DNA of 64,000 bases from an uncultured Muribaculaceae bacterium (GTDB lineage: Bacteria > Bacteroidota > Bacteroidia > Bacteroidales > Muribaculaceae), in the NCBI GenBank assembly GCA_964394205.1, contig CAYMVS010000002.1, positions 3,062 through 67,061 on the forward strand. The letters run 5' to 3'. The first letter of the stretch is position 1. Each line of letters opens with the position of its first letter. Positions 1 to 9,341 of the stretch are shown in pieces. A model generated the notes under the pieces. That model did no database searches. It saw nothing but the letters and a program-made list of their open reading frames with translations, and was not told the DNA's origin. The translations under genes and the position numbers were made by a program.

Positions 1-1970
1 CCAACGTTGACGACCTCAAACACAGCGAGACGCTGCGCGAGATGGATCTCGGTCACGGCCGCAAAGAGCTCTATGCCGTGGAATATAAACAAGGTGGACG
101 CTCCCAGGCCGCGACACAGTTTTTTCGGGCCAATCCCCACCGCTTCAACCTGGGGCTTGTGGGGCTTGAGTTCAAAGATGATAATGGCAACGTTGTTCCG
201 GTCGATGGTTTGACCGACATCAGGCAGGAACTGCTGTTGTGGGACGGCAAGATCGAGAGCCGCTACCGTGTTGGCGACGAGACGGTAGAGGTCACCACAG
301 CGTGTATGCCCAAGAGCGACTGCCTGTTTGGACGTGTCAAGACCGACCTTCTGACTGACGGCAAGGCGGCTTTGACGATACGTTTCCCCTATCCCACTGG
401 GCATCACGCCGATGACGCCAGCGATTGGAACGCCGACGACAAGCACTCCTCGCGCGTCATTGAAAGCAAAGACAACTATGCCGTGATCGAGCGCACGGTC
501 GACGATTTCAAGTATTTTCTCAATCTCCAATGGGAGGGCAAAGCAACCCTGACCCAACGCGGTGCCAACGATTATGTGTTGACAACCCCCGACGAGGTGC
601 TCACCTTTGCGGCAGAATATTCGCTTGAGCCTTACAAGAAAAAGGGTGACTATTACTCCTACGACCAGGCTCACAAAGCGCTGCTGAAACACTGGCCCTC
701 TTTTTGGAAATCGGGCGCGATTGTTGACTTCAGCGAATGCACCGACCCCCGCGCTGCCGAGCTTGAGCGACGGGTGGTTCTCTCTCAATATCTCACGGCG
801 CTCAACGCTGCCGGCAACATGCCTCCCCAAGAGACCGGCCTGACCTACAACTCATGGTATGGCCGTCCCCACCTTGAGATGACATGGTGGCACGGTGTTG
901 ACCACTCGCTCTATGGCCGCCCTCAGGTTTTGGGCAATATGCTTGACTGGTATGTCAACACTGCCTACACTCCGGCAAAAGCGATTGCCGAGCGCCAGGG
1001 TTTCAAGGGCGCCCGTTGGATGAAGATGACCGACCCGGCCGCCGGCGAGGCCCCCTCCAACACCGGCTCGTTCCTCATCTGGCAACAGCCCCACTTTATC
1101 TATATGGCCGAGGAGCTCTATCGCGCCAATCCGTCAAAAGAGGTTCTTGACCGTTACGGCGAGCAAGTAGAGGCCACCGCCGAGTTTATGGCCGACTATG
1201 CCAAGGCTTGCGCCCCGCGCCGAGGCCCGATCAAGCTGTTTGGCCAGACAGCCATGCAAGAGTCTATGTCAAAAGATTTCTCCTACTATCACCCCTTTGA
1301 GCAAGCCTATTGGAAATATGGATTGCAAAAGGCTCAGCAATGGCGCGAGCGCCGCGGGCTGGAGCGCAACAAAGAGTGGGACGACATTATTGCCCGCCTT
1401 GCTCCCTTGGCGACCAATGATGCCGGCATCTATGCATCGGGTCTGCCCGTAAAACCATTTGACAAAAAAGCTAAAGCGGGCAGCTTTGACCCCTACGTGT
1501 CGGCAGCTCTCCAGGGCTCAAAGACAATCTCACGCGAGGACTTTGAGCTCAAGTCGCGCAGTGACCACCCGGCAGTGCTTGGTGCCTGCGGCCTGCTCCC
1601 CCAGATGGGAATGTATGACAAGGAGACCATGGAGAAGACTCTCGACTATGTGATGAACAATTGGAATTGGGACACCACCTGGGGCTGGGACTATGGCATG
1701 ATAGCCATGGCAGCCGCCCGTCTGGGCCGCCCCGACACCGCCATCGATGCCCTGCTGATAGACAAGGGCAAAAACACCTATTTGGTCAACGGTCACAATT
1801 TCCAGGAGCCCAAACGCCTGCGCATCTATCTGCCCGGCAACGGCAGCCTGCTCGACGCCGTGGCAGCGATGTGTGCCGGCTGGGATGGCGCTCCCGCCGT
1901 TCGCAATCCCGGTTTTCCGGCCGACGGCAAGTGGAATGTAAGATGGGAAGGCCTCTCACGCATGCAATAA
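1..1970 (+). CDS. glycoside hydrolase-like protein (six-hairpin/(alpha/alpha)6 look); N-terminus lies left of the window
   Basis: The frame is open from nt 3 (..NVDDLKHSETLRE precedes the first ATG at 42), so the 642-aa ORF is 5'-partial. Aromatic-rich blocks (SWYGRPHLEMTWWHGVDHS, IWQQPHFIYMAEELY, YLPGNGSLLDAVAAMCAGW) resemble six-hairpin glycosidases. The CAZy family cannot be assigned by eye. The ORF ends at a strong hairpin terminator. Confidence 0.45.
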   Translation, partial: NVDDLKHSETLREMDLGHGRKELYAVEYKQGGRSQAATQFFRANPHRFNLGLVGLEFKDDNGNVVPVDGLTDIRQELLLWDGKIESRYRVGDETVEVTTACMPKSDCLFGRVKTDLLTDGKAALTIRFPYPTGHHADDASDWNADDKHSSRVIESKDNYAVIERTVDDFKYFLNLQWEGKATLTQRGANDYVLTTPDEVLTFAAEYSLEPYKKKGDYYSYDQAHKALLKHWPSFWKSGAIVDFSECTDPRAAELERRVVLSQYLTALNAAGNMPPQETGLTYNSWYGRPHLEMTWWHGVDHSLYGRPQVLGNMLDWYVNTAYTPAKAIAERQGFKGARWMKMTDPAAGEAPSNTGSFLIWQQPHFIYMAEELYRANPSKEVLDRYGEQVEATAEFMADYAKACAPRRGPIKLFGQTAMQESMSKDFSYYHPFEQAYWKYGLQKAQQWRERRGLERNKEWDDIIARLAPLATNDAGIYASGLPVKPFDKKAKAGSFDPYVSAALQGSKTISREDFELKSRSDHPAVLGACGLLPQMGMYDKETMEKTLDYVMNNWNWDTTWGWDYGMIAMAAARLGRPDTAIDALLIDKGKNTYLVNGHNFQEPKRLRIYLPGNGSLLDAVAAMCAGWDGAPAVRNPGFPADGKWNVRWEGLSRMQ

Positions 1971-1993
1971 CCTGCCTGAGGCATCTTCAGTAA

Positions 1994-2047
1994 AACAATT
2001 CGGCCGGTCAACATCAATCGGGATGTTGACCGGCCGAATTGTTTTTA
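1994..2047. terminator. bidirectional rho-independent terminator between convergent genes
   Basis: Perfect 22-bp inverted repeat aacaattcggccggtcaacatc (1994-2015) / gatgttgaccggccgaattgtt (2022-2043) with a 6-nt loop. There is an A-run on the left flank and a T-run on the right. Confidence 0.75.
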
Positions 2048-2058
2048 TTGTGAACCGA

Positions 2059-2805
2059 TTACATGTTCATGCCACCGTCGACCTGAATAACCTGACCGGT
2101 AACATAGCTTGACAAGTCGCTTGCAAGGAATGTGGCGACGTTAGCGATATCCTCGACCTGACCGCCGCGACGCAGGGGGATTTTCTTCTTCCACTCCTCA
2201 CGCACCTCGTCGGGCAGAGCCGCTGTCATCGCTGTCTCAATGAAGCCGGGGGCAATGGCGTTGGCACGGATGCCGCGAGAGCCGACCTCCTGGGCGATAC
2301 TCTTGGCGAGAGCGATAAGACCGGCCTTTGAGGCGGCATAGTTGCTCTGGCCGGCATTGCCGTGAACACCGACAACCGAGGCCATGTTGATGATGCTGCC
2401 GCCACGCTGACGCAGCATGATGGGGAGAACAGCATTGATAAAGTTAAAGGCGCTCTTGAGGTTGATGTTGATGACGCGGTCCCACTGCTCCTCGGTCATT
2501 CTCATCATCAGGCCGTCTTTGGTGATACCGGCATTGTTGACAAGAATATCGATACGACCGAAGTCGGCTTTAATCTGATCGACAACCTCTTTTGTCTGGG
2601 CGAAATTTGACGCGTCGGAGGCGTAACCTTTGGCTTTGACGCCAAGAGCCTCAATCTCCTGCTCGGTTGCTTTGCCGTTTTCGTCAATCACGAGATCTGT
2701 GAAAGCGATATTTGCGCCCTCTGCTGCAAACTTCAGCGCTATTGCTTTGCCGATGCCACGGGCGGCACCGGTGATAAGGGCTGTTTTTCCTTCAAGAAGT
2801 TTCAT
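2059..2805 (-). CDS. fabG: 3-oxoacyl-[acyl-carrier-protein] reductase (SDR family)
   Basis: 248 aa. Rossmann motif TGAARGIGKAIA, NNAG motif, catalytic S...YAASK (YxxxK), C-terminal QVIQVDGGMNM typical of FabG. Confidence 0.9.
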   Translation of the reverse strand: MKLLEGKTALITGAARGIGKAIALKFAAEGANIAFTDLVIDENGKATEQEIEALGVKAKGYASDASNFAQTKEVVDQIKADFGRIDILVNNAGITKDGLMMRMTEEQWDRVININLKSAFNFINAVLPIMLRQRGGSIINMASVVGVHGNAGQSNYAASKAGLIALAKSIAQEVGSRGIRANAIAPGFIETAMTAALPDEVREEWKKKIPLRRGGQVEDIANVATFLASDLSSYVTGQVIQVDGGMNM

Positions 2806-2835
2806 AATCTCAATAGATTTTGTTTGATGATTTGG

Positions 2836-3423
2836 TTATTTGATTAGTATTGCATTTACAAGGAAATTAATCACCGAGTTTCTCATCGACTCAGGGCTGA
2901 TGTGGATATCGGCAAAATTGTCTCTCACAAGAGTGTAGTCGACCCCTTGAAAAAGGATGGTCTCTACAGGGGGCAACAGCCGGGCCTGAGCCGGGTCAAA
3001 ACAGCCGGCCTCGATGCCCTCATTGATGATAGTGGTGAAGAGAGATTGCTCGGTTGCCACAGCGAGGCGGCGAATACGGTCGACGCGCCTGAAGTCGCCT
3101 CTCAAAAGCGACCTGAACGAGTGGTCGGGGCGTTGCACCGTCTCGGTGACGATGTCAAAACGGGTCTTGAGATAGGATCTGAGCTTTTCAACAGGGTCAA
3201 GCGGCATCTCAACAATCTCGCGTAGCCGCGACACCAGCTGCTCGCTGTCGCGCTTGATAACCGCATTGTATATCTCGCGCTTGTTGCGAAAGTAGGTGTA
3301 GATAGTGCGCCGCCCTTTTTCAGAGGCATTCGCAATATCGTTCATGGTAGTGTTCTCCATCCCCTTGTGGGCGAATAGTTGACGGGCTACCTCGATCAGT
3401 TTATCTCGCGTTTTTGTTACCAT
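2836..3423 (-). CDS. TetR/AcrR family transcriptional regulator
   Basis: N-terminal TetR HTH (LIEVARQLFAHKGMENTTMNDIANASEKGRRTIYTYFRNK). The ORF-track start at 3453 is a TTG lying inside a TAATTTTG promoter box, so I use the ATG at 3423 (MVTKTRDK..). It lies 30 nt upstream of fabG on the same strand. Confidence 0.8.
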   Translation of the reverse strand: MVTKTRDKLIEVARQLFAHKGMENTTMNDIANASEKGRRTIYTYFRNKREIYNAVIKRDSEQLVSRLREIVEMPLDPVEKLRSYLKTRFDIVTETVQRPDHSFRSLLRGDFRRVDRIRRLAVATEQSLFTTIINEGIEAGCFDPAQARLLPPVETILFQGVDYTLVRDNFADIHISPESMRNSVINFLVNAILIK

Positions 3424-3450
3424 CGTTGATCGACCAACTCTATAATTGTG

Positions 3451-3458
3451 CAAAATTA
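3451..3458 (-). promoter_or_regulatory. Bacteroidetes -7 promoter box (TAATTTTG) for the tetR-fabG unit
   Basis: The reverse complement of caaaatta is TAATTTTG, matching the TAnnTTTG consensus. It sits about 28 nt upstream of the ATG at 3423. Confidence 0.5.
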
Positions 3459-3481
3459 GTGTTTTTTTTTGAAAAAGATGT

Positions 3482-3489
3482 TACCTTTG
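3482..3489 (+). promoter_or_regulatory. Bacteroidetes -7 promoter box (TACCTTTG) for the PBP4 gene
   Basis: TAnnTTTG match 28 nt upstream of the ATG at 3517, which begins a clean signal peptide. This argues against the TTG (3469) and ATG (3478) starts. Confidence 0.45.
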
Positions 3490-3516
3490 TTCTTATATTC
3501 ATTTCCCTATTTGACA

Positions 3517-4881
3517 ATGAAAACAAGATTCTCGTTTGTTCCCTATGCTAAATGGCTGTTGCTTACCGTTTTATTAATCAGCGACGCGCTGTCGGCCTAC
3601 GCTCTGTTTCCCGACTCGGTCAACGGCATCGACCCCTCGCGCGTGGGTGTGCTGATAACCGACCTGAAGGCTGACACGGTTGTCATGGACCACAATGGCT
3701 CAAAATGGCTTGTTCCCGCAAGCGTGATGAAGTCGGTGACATCGGCCGCCGTGTTGATGACAACACCACCCGACGAGCGTCTCTCGACCGAGGTGTATCG
3801 CGGTGGCGACATCGACCGCAATGGTGTGATGGCCGGCAATCTGATAATAAAATGTGTCGGAGACCCCACTGTCGAGTCCTGTCACTTCCCTGACAATGCC
3901 GGCTTTACCGACAGTATCGCCGGGGCGTGCCGCCGTGCCGGCATCAAAAAGATAAAAGGAGCCGTGGTGGTTGAGAACACCTTTAAAGATGAGGGAATAC
4001 CCGCCGGCTGGCTTGAGGAGGATGTGATATGGCCCTACGGTACAGGTCTTTATGGTGCAAACTTTCGTGACAATTTGATTAACCTGTCGCTCCCCTCGGG
4101 CAAAACGCGGCCTCATGTGCCAACCGTTGAGGTTGACTACACCGCCTCTAAAGGCGCCCTGTCGGTAAAGCGGAGTCGAGGCTCAAAGCGCTTTGTCGTT
4201 TCGGGCAAAATACCCTCGGGGGGATACTCGAAAGTGTATGCCAACCCCGACCCCACAGCCGCCATGACCAACGAGGTCGCCGACGCTTTGGCCAAAGCCG
4301 GCATTGAAGTTGAAGGTCAGGCGATTGACGGTGGTGACACGTGGTGCATCTACCGACACACATCGCCAACCGTCAAGCAAATCTTGCGCTCGCTGATGGT
4401 GAGAAGCGACAACATGATGGCCGAGGGGATGCTTCGGACACTTGCCCCCGGTGAATCGCGGGCCGACGCTGTCGACATCGAGCGTAATCTCTGGCAGGAG
4501 ATAGGACTGCCCGTCGAGGGGCTTGTGATAGAAGACGGCAGCGGCCTGTCGCGCAACGACCGCCTGTCGCCCCTTTTTCTCACAGAACTCTATAAACACA
4601 TGCTCACCACCTCGGTTGCCGCCGACTATGTCTCACTTTTCCCTCGGGCAGGCCACGACGGCACCATGCGCAATTTCCTGAAAGGAACAGCACTCGACGG
4701 TCGCGTTGCCATGAAGACCGGGAGCATGAGAGGAGTGCAATGCTTTGGTGGTTATATGCTTGATGACCACGGGGTGCCGGCCTATTCAATCGTTGTTTTA
4801 GTCAACGGCTTCACCTGTGACCGAGCCCGGGTCAAAAGTGAAATATCATCTATGTTGCTCGAGTTACTTGCCGATAAATAA
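3517..4881 (+). CDS. dacB: D-alanyl-D-alanine carboxypeptidase/endopeptidase, PBP4 (peptidase S13) family
   Basis: All three penicillin-binding motifs are present in order: SxxK (SVMKS), SxN (RSDNMM) and KTG (AMKTGS). Signal peptide MKTRFSFVPYAKWLLLTVLLISDALSAYA. An alternative start at 3478 is possible. Confidence 0.8.
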   Translation: MKTRFSFVPYAKWLLLTVLLISDALSAYALFPDSVNGIDPSRVGVLITDLKADTVVMDHNGSKWLVPASVMKSVTSAAVLMTTPPDERLSTEVYRGGDIDRNGVMAGNLIIKCVGDPTVESCHFPDNAGFTDSIAGACRRAGIKKIKGAVVVENTFKDEGIPAGWLEEDVIWPYGTGLYGANFRDNLINLSLPSGKTRPHVPTVEVDYTASKGALSVKRSRGSKRFVVSGKIPSGGYSKVYANPDPTAAMTNEVADALAKAGIEVEGQAIDGGDTWCIYRHTSPTVKQILRSLMVRSDNMMAEGMLRTLAPGESRADAVDIERNLWQEIGLPVEGLVIEDGSGLSRNDRLSPLFLTELYKHMLTTSVAADYVSLFPRAGHDGTMRNFLKGTALDGRVAMKTGSMRGVQCFGGYMLDDHGVPAYSIVVLVNGFTCDRARVKSEISSMLLELLADK

Positions 4882-4901
4882 AATTTTGTTAGTTTTGCAA
4901 T

Positions 4902-5549
4902 ATGAAAACAGACTATGATAATCTTTTGAGCCTCACAATCGAGATTGAGGGCTTACTGTTGCTTTTGTCACAGGGACATTCAAATGCACCTGAAAGGGTC
5001 GCCGCCCTGCTGGAGGAGAAAGTGAAACAGCTCCACCAAAATGTTTGTGAAGAGTGTTGCGCGCCGACACCTGAAACAGAGGAAGAGCAAATAGCCGAAG
5101 CAGCCACCTTTGAGGCGACTGAAGATTCAGACCCCTTTGATGCCGATGACGACACCGATGGCGAAGAGATTCCCTCAGACGAGCCCATAGCCCCGGTCGA
5201 GACCCAGGAGACTCAGGAGACTCAAGAGCAGCCTGAACCTGAACCAAAGCCCATGCCTAAGCCCGTTAAACCCGACACAAAGAGCGCCGAGCCGATGAAA
5301 CTTGACGAGAAACTCACCATCGAGGGGTCGCGCGACATACGCCGCGCCTTCACGCTCAACGACCGGTTCCGTTTCCGTCGCGAGCTGTTTGAAAACAGCG
5401 AGGCCCGCTTTGTCGAAGCTCTCGATGTCATCTCGGCAATGTCAAGTTTTGACGAGGCTCAGGAGTATTTCTATGACGACCTTTGCTGGGATCCCGAGAG
5501 CGAGCATGTAAAAGAGTTCATGCAAAAAGTACTTAACCACTTTCGGTAA
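4902..5549 (+). CDS. hypothetical protein: helical N-terminus, acidic/Pro-rich low-complexity centre, conserved-looking C-terminal domain
   Basis: 215-aa ORF with ATG start, preceded by TAGTTTTG (4890-4897). The centre is D/E/P-rich and includes ETQETQETQEQPEPEPKP. The C-terminal segment (RRAFTLNDRFRFRRELF...DLCWDPES) looks globular. It abuts rsmI with a 3-nt gap. Confidence 0.6.
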   Translation: MKTDYDNLLSLTIEIEGLLLLLSQGHSNAPERVAALLEEKVKQLHQNVCEECCAPTPETEEEQIAEAATFEATEDSDPFDADDDTDGEEIPSDEPIAPVETQETQETQEQPEPEPKPMPKPVKPDTKSAEPMKLDEKLTIEGSRDIRRAFTLNDRFRFRRELFENSEARFVEALDVISAMSSFDEAQEYFYDDLCWDPESEHVKEFMQKVLNHFR

Positions 5550-5552
5550 ACG

Positions 5553-6314
5553 ATGGCCGGCACACTGTTCATAGTCCCGACCCCGGTCGGCAATCTCGAC
5601 GACATGACCCCACGGGCCGTCGAGACACTAAGAAATGTCTCGCGAGTGCTCTGTGAAGACACACGCACCTCGGCTGTGCTCATGCGTCATTTTGAGATTG
5701 ACACCCCGTGTGTCAGCTTCCACAAGTTTAACGAGCACGACAGTGTCGACAGCATTGTCGACCTCATTGAGGCCGGTCAGGATATAGCCCTGGTGAGCGA
5801 TGCAGGCACCCCCGGCATCAGCGACCCTGGATTCCTGTTGTCGCGCGAGTGTCGCCGGCGTGGACTGACAGCCACAACCCTTCCCGGAGCCACAGCCTTT
5901 GTCCCGGCGCTGGTCAACTCGGGTCTCCCCTGCGAGCGCTTTTGTTTTGAGGGATTTCTTCCTCCCAAAAAGGGTCGCCAGTCGCGTCTTGCCGAGCTCG
6001 CCGCGCGTCCCATGACCAGCATCGTCTACGAGTCACCGCTCCGTCTGGTCAAAACACTGCAGCAACTGGCCGATGTGTGTGGCCCCGACCGGCAGGCATC
6101 AGTGTCGCGCGAGATCTCCAAGATTCATGAATCGACACAAAGAGGAACTCTAAAAGAGCTTGCCGATTATTTTTCATTGAACAATCCAAAAGGTGAAATT
6201 GTTATAATAATTGGTGGAAAAGAGGAAGAATCGCGCGCTGGCAGTCACCGGAACAAATACCGCGACACCAACGCCGGCCATCCCAACGAGCCATCCAATT
6301 CAGACAGAATCTGA
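5553..6314 (+). CDS. rsmI: 16S rRNA (cytidine1402-2'-O)-methyltransferase
   Basis: N-terminus GTLFIVPTPVGNLDDMTPRAVETLRNV plus VSDAGTPGISDPG and YESPLRL, typical of the RsmI/tetrapyrrole-methylase fold. A non-conserved-looking C-terminal tail of about 30 aa follows. Confidence 0.85.
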   Translation: MAGTLFIVPTPVGNLDDMTPRAVETLRNVSRVLCEDTRTSAVLMRHFEIDTPCVSFHKFNEHDSVDSIVDLIEAGQDIALVSDAGTPGISDPGFLLSRECRRRGLTATTLPGATAFVPALVNSGLPCERFCFEGFLPPKKGRQSRLAELAARPMTSIVYESPLRLVKTLQQLADVCGPDRQASVSREISKIHESTQRGTLKELADYFSLNNPKGEIVIIIGGKEEESRAGSHRNKYRDTNAGHPNEPSNSDRI

Positions 6315-6373
6315 TCCACCCCATTCTCACATAGCTATAAATCAAAAACTCAGAATATTCTAACCAAAGTAAT

Positions 6374-7261
6374 ATGAAAAAGATCGCTTTACTTTCAATG
6401 GTTGTGGCCGCCTCGGTCGCCACAACATCGTGCAACGGTGACAAACTGCGTCAGGCAGAGACAGAAAACGCCGAGCTGACCGCTCAAGTTTCCGAACAAC
6501 GCGCCATGCAGGACAGCCTTTTGGTTCTGTTCAACGACATCTCCGACGGCATGGCCCAAATCAAAGACCTTGAAAAGATTATCTCAGCGCCTACCAACCT
6601 CTCTACCGAGTCAAACGAGCGCAAAGAGCAAATCAAAAATGACATGATAGCCATCCAGCAGGCCCTCCAGGAGCGTCGTCAGCGCCTTGAGCAGCTTGAG
6701 GCTCAGCTGTCAAAACTCGGTGGCCAAAACAAAGAGCTGCTTCGGACAATCGATAATCTCAAAGCACAGATTGCCGATCAGCAAACCGAGATTGCAACTC
6801 TCACCAACCAGCTTGCATCGGCCAACATTCAAATTCAAAATCTTGGCACACAGGTTACCAACCTCCACACAACCGTTGACTCGCTCAACACCGGTCTTGC
6901 CGCCGAGCAACAGGCCCGTCAGAAAGCACAAGAGCAAAATGCACGTCTCGATGCCGAGGCCAACGCCTGCTACTATGTGATCGGCACCGACAAAGAGCTT
7001 AAGTCACACGGCATTATTCAAAAGAAATTCCTCGGCAAAACAAAGGTTATGAAAGGTGACCCCGACATGGCTTACTTCACAACAGCCGATATGCGCACCT
7101 TTACAACCATCCCCACCCACTCAAAGAAAGCCGAGATAATGAGCGGACAACCCAAAGACTCTTACCAGATCGTTGACCAAAACGGCCAAAAGGTTATCCA
7201 GATCACCAATCCCACCCGTTTCTGGCAAATGTCACGCTACCTCATCATAAAAGTTGATTGA
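6374..7261 (+). CDS. coiled-coil lipoprotein, function unknown
   Basis: Lipoprotein signal MKKIALLSMVVAASVATTSC. About 170 aa of Q/L/E-rich heptad-like sequence follow, then a C-terminal globular part of about 100 aa (CYYVIGTDKELKSHGII...). Confidence 0.65.
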   Translation: MKKIALLSMVVAASVATTSCNGDKLRQAETENAELTAQVSEQRAMQDSLLVLFNDISDGMAQIKDLEKIISAPTNLSTESNERKEQIKNDMIAIQQALQERRQRLEQLEAQLSKLGGQNKELLRTIDNLKAQIADQQTEIATLTNQLASANIQIQNLGTQVTNLHTTVDSLNTGLAAEQQARQKAQEQNARLDAEANACYYVIGTDKELKSHGIIQKKFLGKTKVMKGDPDMAYFTTADMRTFTTIPTHSKKAEIMSGQPKDSYQIVDQNGQKVIQITNPTRFWQMSRYLIIKVD

Positions 7262-7275
7262 TAGCAATCAGGAAT

Positions 7276-7340
7276 ATAAAAAAGAACCTGCTTTATTCAC
7301 GCCCTCTCAACAGGCAGAATAAAGCAGGTTCTTTTTTTTG
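7276..7340. terminator. bidirectional rho-independent terminator
   Basis: Stem gaacctgctttattc (7285-7299) / gaataaagcaggttc (7318-7332), flanked by an A-run on the left and T9 on the right. It lies between the convergent lipoprotein gene and nqrF. Confidence 0.8.
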
Positions 7341-7369
7341 ATGTTTTCTCTTTTGGTCAGCCCGGTTGG

Positions 7370-8680
7370 TTATCCGCCAAAGTTGTCATAGTGGATATTT
7401 TCAGGGTCGACACCGAGCGAGTCAAGCATACCCTCGACAGCTTTACTCATTGGGCCGGGGCCACACATGTAGTACTCGATATCTTCAGGATTCTCATGAT
7501 CCTTGAGATAGGTGTCATAAATCACCTGATGAACAAAGCCGGGAGTGTATTTGACACCGGCAGCGTCGGCCGCCGGGTCGGGACGGTCGAGAGCGAGGTG
7601 GAAGTGGAAATTGGGAAACTCCTTTTCCAGCTCGAGAAAATCATTGAGATAGAACACCTCATTGAGGGCACGGGCGCCATAAAAGTAATCCATGCGTCGG
7701 TCGGTTGTGTGAAGTGTCTTTGTCATATACATGATTTGAGCACGCAGGGGAGCCATGCCGGCACCGCCACCAATCCACATCATGTCTTTCTTAGAGTCAA
7801 AAATCGGGTGGAAATCGCCGTAAGGGCCACTCATCATCACCTTGTCGCCGGGCTTGAGGGTGAAGATGTAGCTTGAGGCTATGCCCGGGGGTACATCCTG
7901 AAATCCAACCTCAGGTTTGGGTTTGGATGGAGGCGTGGCGATACGTACAGTCAGCATTATGCGGTCGCCCTCGGCCGGATAGTTGGCCATTGAGTAAGCG
8001 CGGACGGTTGTCTCGGTGTTGACACACGAAAGGGTGAAAAGCCCGAATTTCTCCCATGCCGGCAGATACTCCTCGCCAATCGATGCCTTGTCGATGTCGC
8101 GATCATAAGTCATCGAGTAAGGCGGAATCTTAATCTGAGCGTATGAGCCGGGGATAAAGTCCATGTGCTCGCCCGGGGGAAGCGCCACGATAAACTCCTT
8201 GATAAACGTGGCCACGTTATTGTTTGAGATAACAGTACATTCCCACTCCTTGATGTCGAGCACCGAGGCGGGCACACCGATCTTCATGTTTTCTTTCACC
8301 TTGACCTGACATCCCAGTCGCCAGTGGTCCTGCACCTGACGGCGCGTAAAGTGCACTTTCTCGGTCGGGAGGATGTCGCCGCCACCTTCAAATACCTGAA
8401 CCTTGCACTGACCGCAGCTACCTTTGCCGCCACAGGCCGACGGCAGAAAGATATTCTGATTGGCAAGTGTTGACAGCAGGGATCCACCGGCGGGAGCCTC
8501 CACATCCTTGTCGCCGTTGATGTTGATGGTCACCGAGCCGCTGTGGACCAGAAAGTGTTTGGCCGTGAGCAGCACAATGACAAGAAGGAGAGTGATCAGC
8601 AGGAAAATCCCCACGCCGCTCAGCATAGTGAGCGAGGAATTGCCCGCAACAGACTGAAGCAATATATATTGAAGTGTCAT
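7370..8680 (-). CDS. nqrF: Na+-translocating NADH:quinone oxidoreductase subunit F
   Basis: N-terminal TM helix, 2Fe-2S ferredoxin motif CGGKGSCGQCKV, and an FNR-like FAD/NADH half (RAYSMANYP, GGGAGMAP, YMCGP). It is the last gene of the nqr series. Confidence 0.93.
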   Translation of the reverse strand: MTLQYILLQSVAGNSSLTMLSGVGIFLLITLLLVIVLLTAKHFLVHSGSVTININGDKDVEAPAGGSLLSTLANQNIFLPSACGGKGSCGQCKVQVFEGGGDILPTEKVHFTRRQVQDHWRLGCQVKVKENMKIGVPASVLDIKEWECTVISNNNVATFIKEFIVALPPGEHMDFIPGSYAQIKIPPYSMTYDRDIDKASIGEEYLPAWEKFGLFTLSCVNTETTVRAYSMANYPAEGDRIMLTVRIATPPSKPKPEVGFQDVPPGIASSYIFTLKPGDKVMMSGPYGDFHPIFDSKKDMMWIGGGAGMAPLRAQIMYMTKTLHTTDRRMDYFYGARALNEVFYLNDFLELEKEFPNFHFHLALDRPDPAADAAGVKYTPGFVHQVIYDTYLKDHENPEDIEYYMCGPGPMSKAVEGMLDSLGVDPENIHYDNFGG

Positions 8681-8687
8681 AACTCAG

Positions 8688-9305
8688 TTAGATTTTTATG
8701 CCTAAGAAACTCATGAAAGCGATACCCATCAGCGCCGTGACAATAAAGGTGATGCCGATGCCACGCAGGGGGGCGGGAATCTTGCTGTAGGTTGCAAGAC
8801 GCTCGCGTATGGCGGCGATAGCCACAATAGCCAAAAGCCAGCCGAGCCCCCATCCGGCGCCGGCACATCCGGCAGTCACAATGCTGTCAAAGCCTCGTTG
8901 CTGCATGAACAGCGACCCGCCGAGAATGGCACAGTTGACCGCGATGAGCGGCAGAAAGATACCTAACGAGGAGTAGAGGGCCGGAGAGTATTTCTCAACC
9001 GCCATCTCTACCAACTGGGTCATCGAGGCGATGACTGCTATAAACATTATCAGCGACAGAAACGACAGGTCGACATCGGCAAACTCAGGGCCGAGCCAGA
9101 TCAAGGCGCCGGCTCTCAGAACGTAGGTCTCAAGAAGGTAGTTGATGGGGAGCGTGATAACGAGCATGAACGTCACAGCCACACCCAGGCCAAAAGCCGT
9201 CTTCACATTCTTTGAAACCGCCAGAAATGAACACATGCCCAGGAAATAGGCAAAGATCATGTTGTCGACAAATATCGAGCGTATAAATAGATTCAAATTT
9301 TCCAT
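8688..9305 (-). CDS. nqrE: Na+-translocating NADH:quinone oxidoreductase subunit E
   Basis: 205-aa polytopic membrane protein of the NqrE/RnfA type (FLPLIAVNCAILGG), in the expected position between nqrD and nqrF. Confidence 0.9.
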   Translation of the reverse strand: MENLNLFIRSIFVDNMIFAYFLGMCSFLAVSKNVKTAFGLGVAVTFMLVITLPINYLLETYVLRAGALIWLGPEFADVDLSFLSLIMFIAVIASMTQLVEMAVEKYSPALYSSLGIFLPLIAVNCAILGGSLFMQQRGFDSIVTAGCAGAGWGLGWLLAIVAIAAIRERLATYSKIPAPLRGIGITFIVTALMGIAFMSFLGIKI

Positions 9306-9341
9306 TTTCTGTTGATGTTAGAGTGGATATGGTAAGACAGC

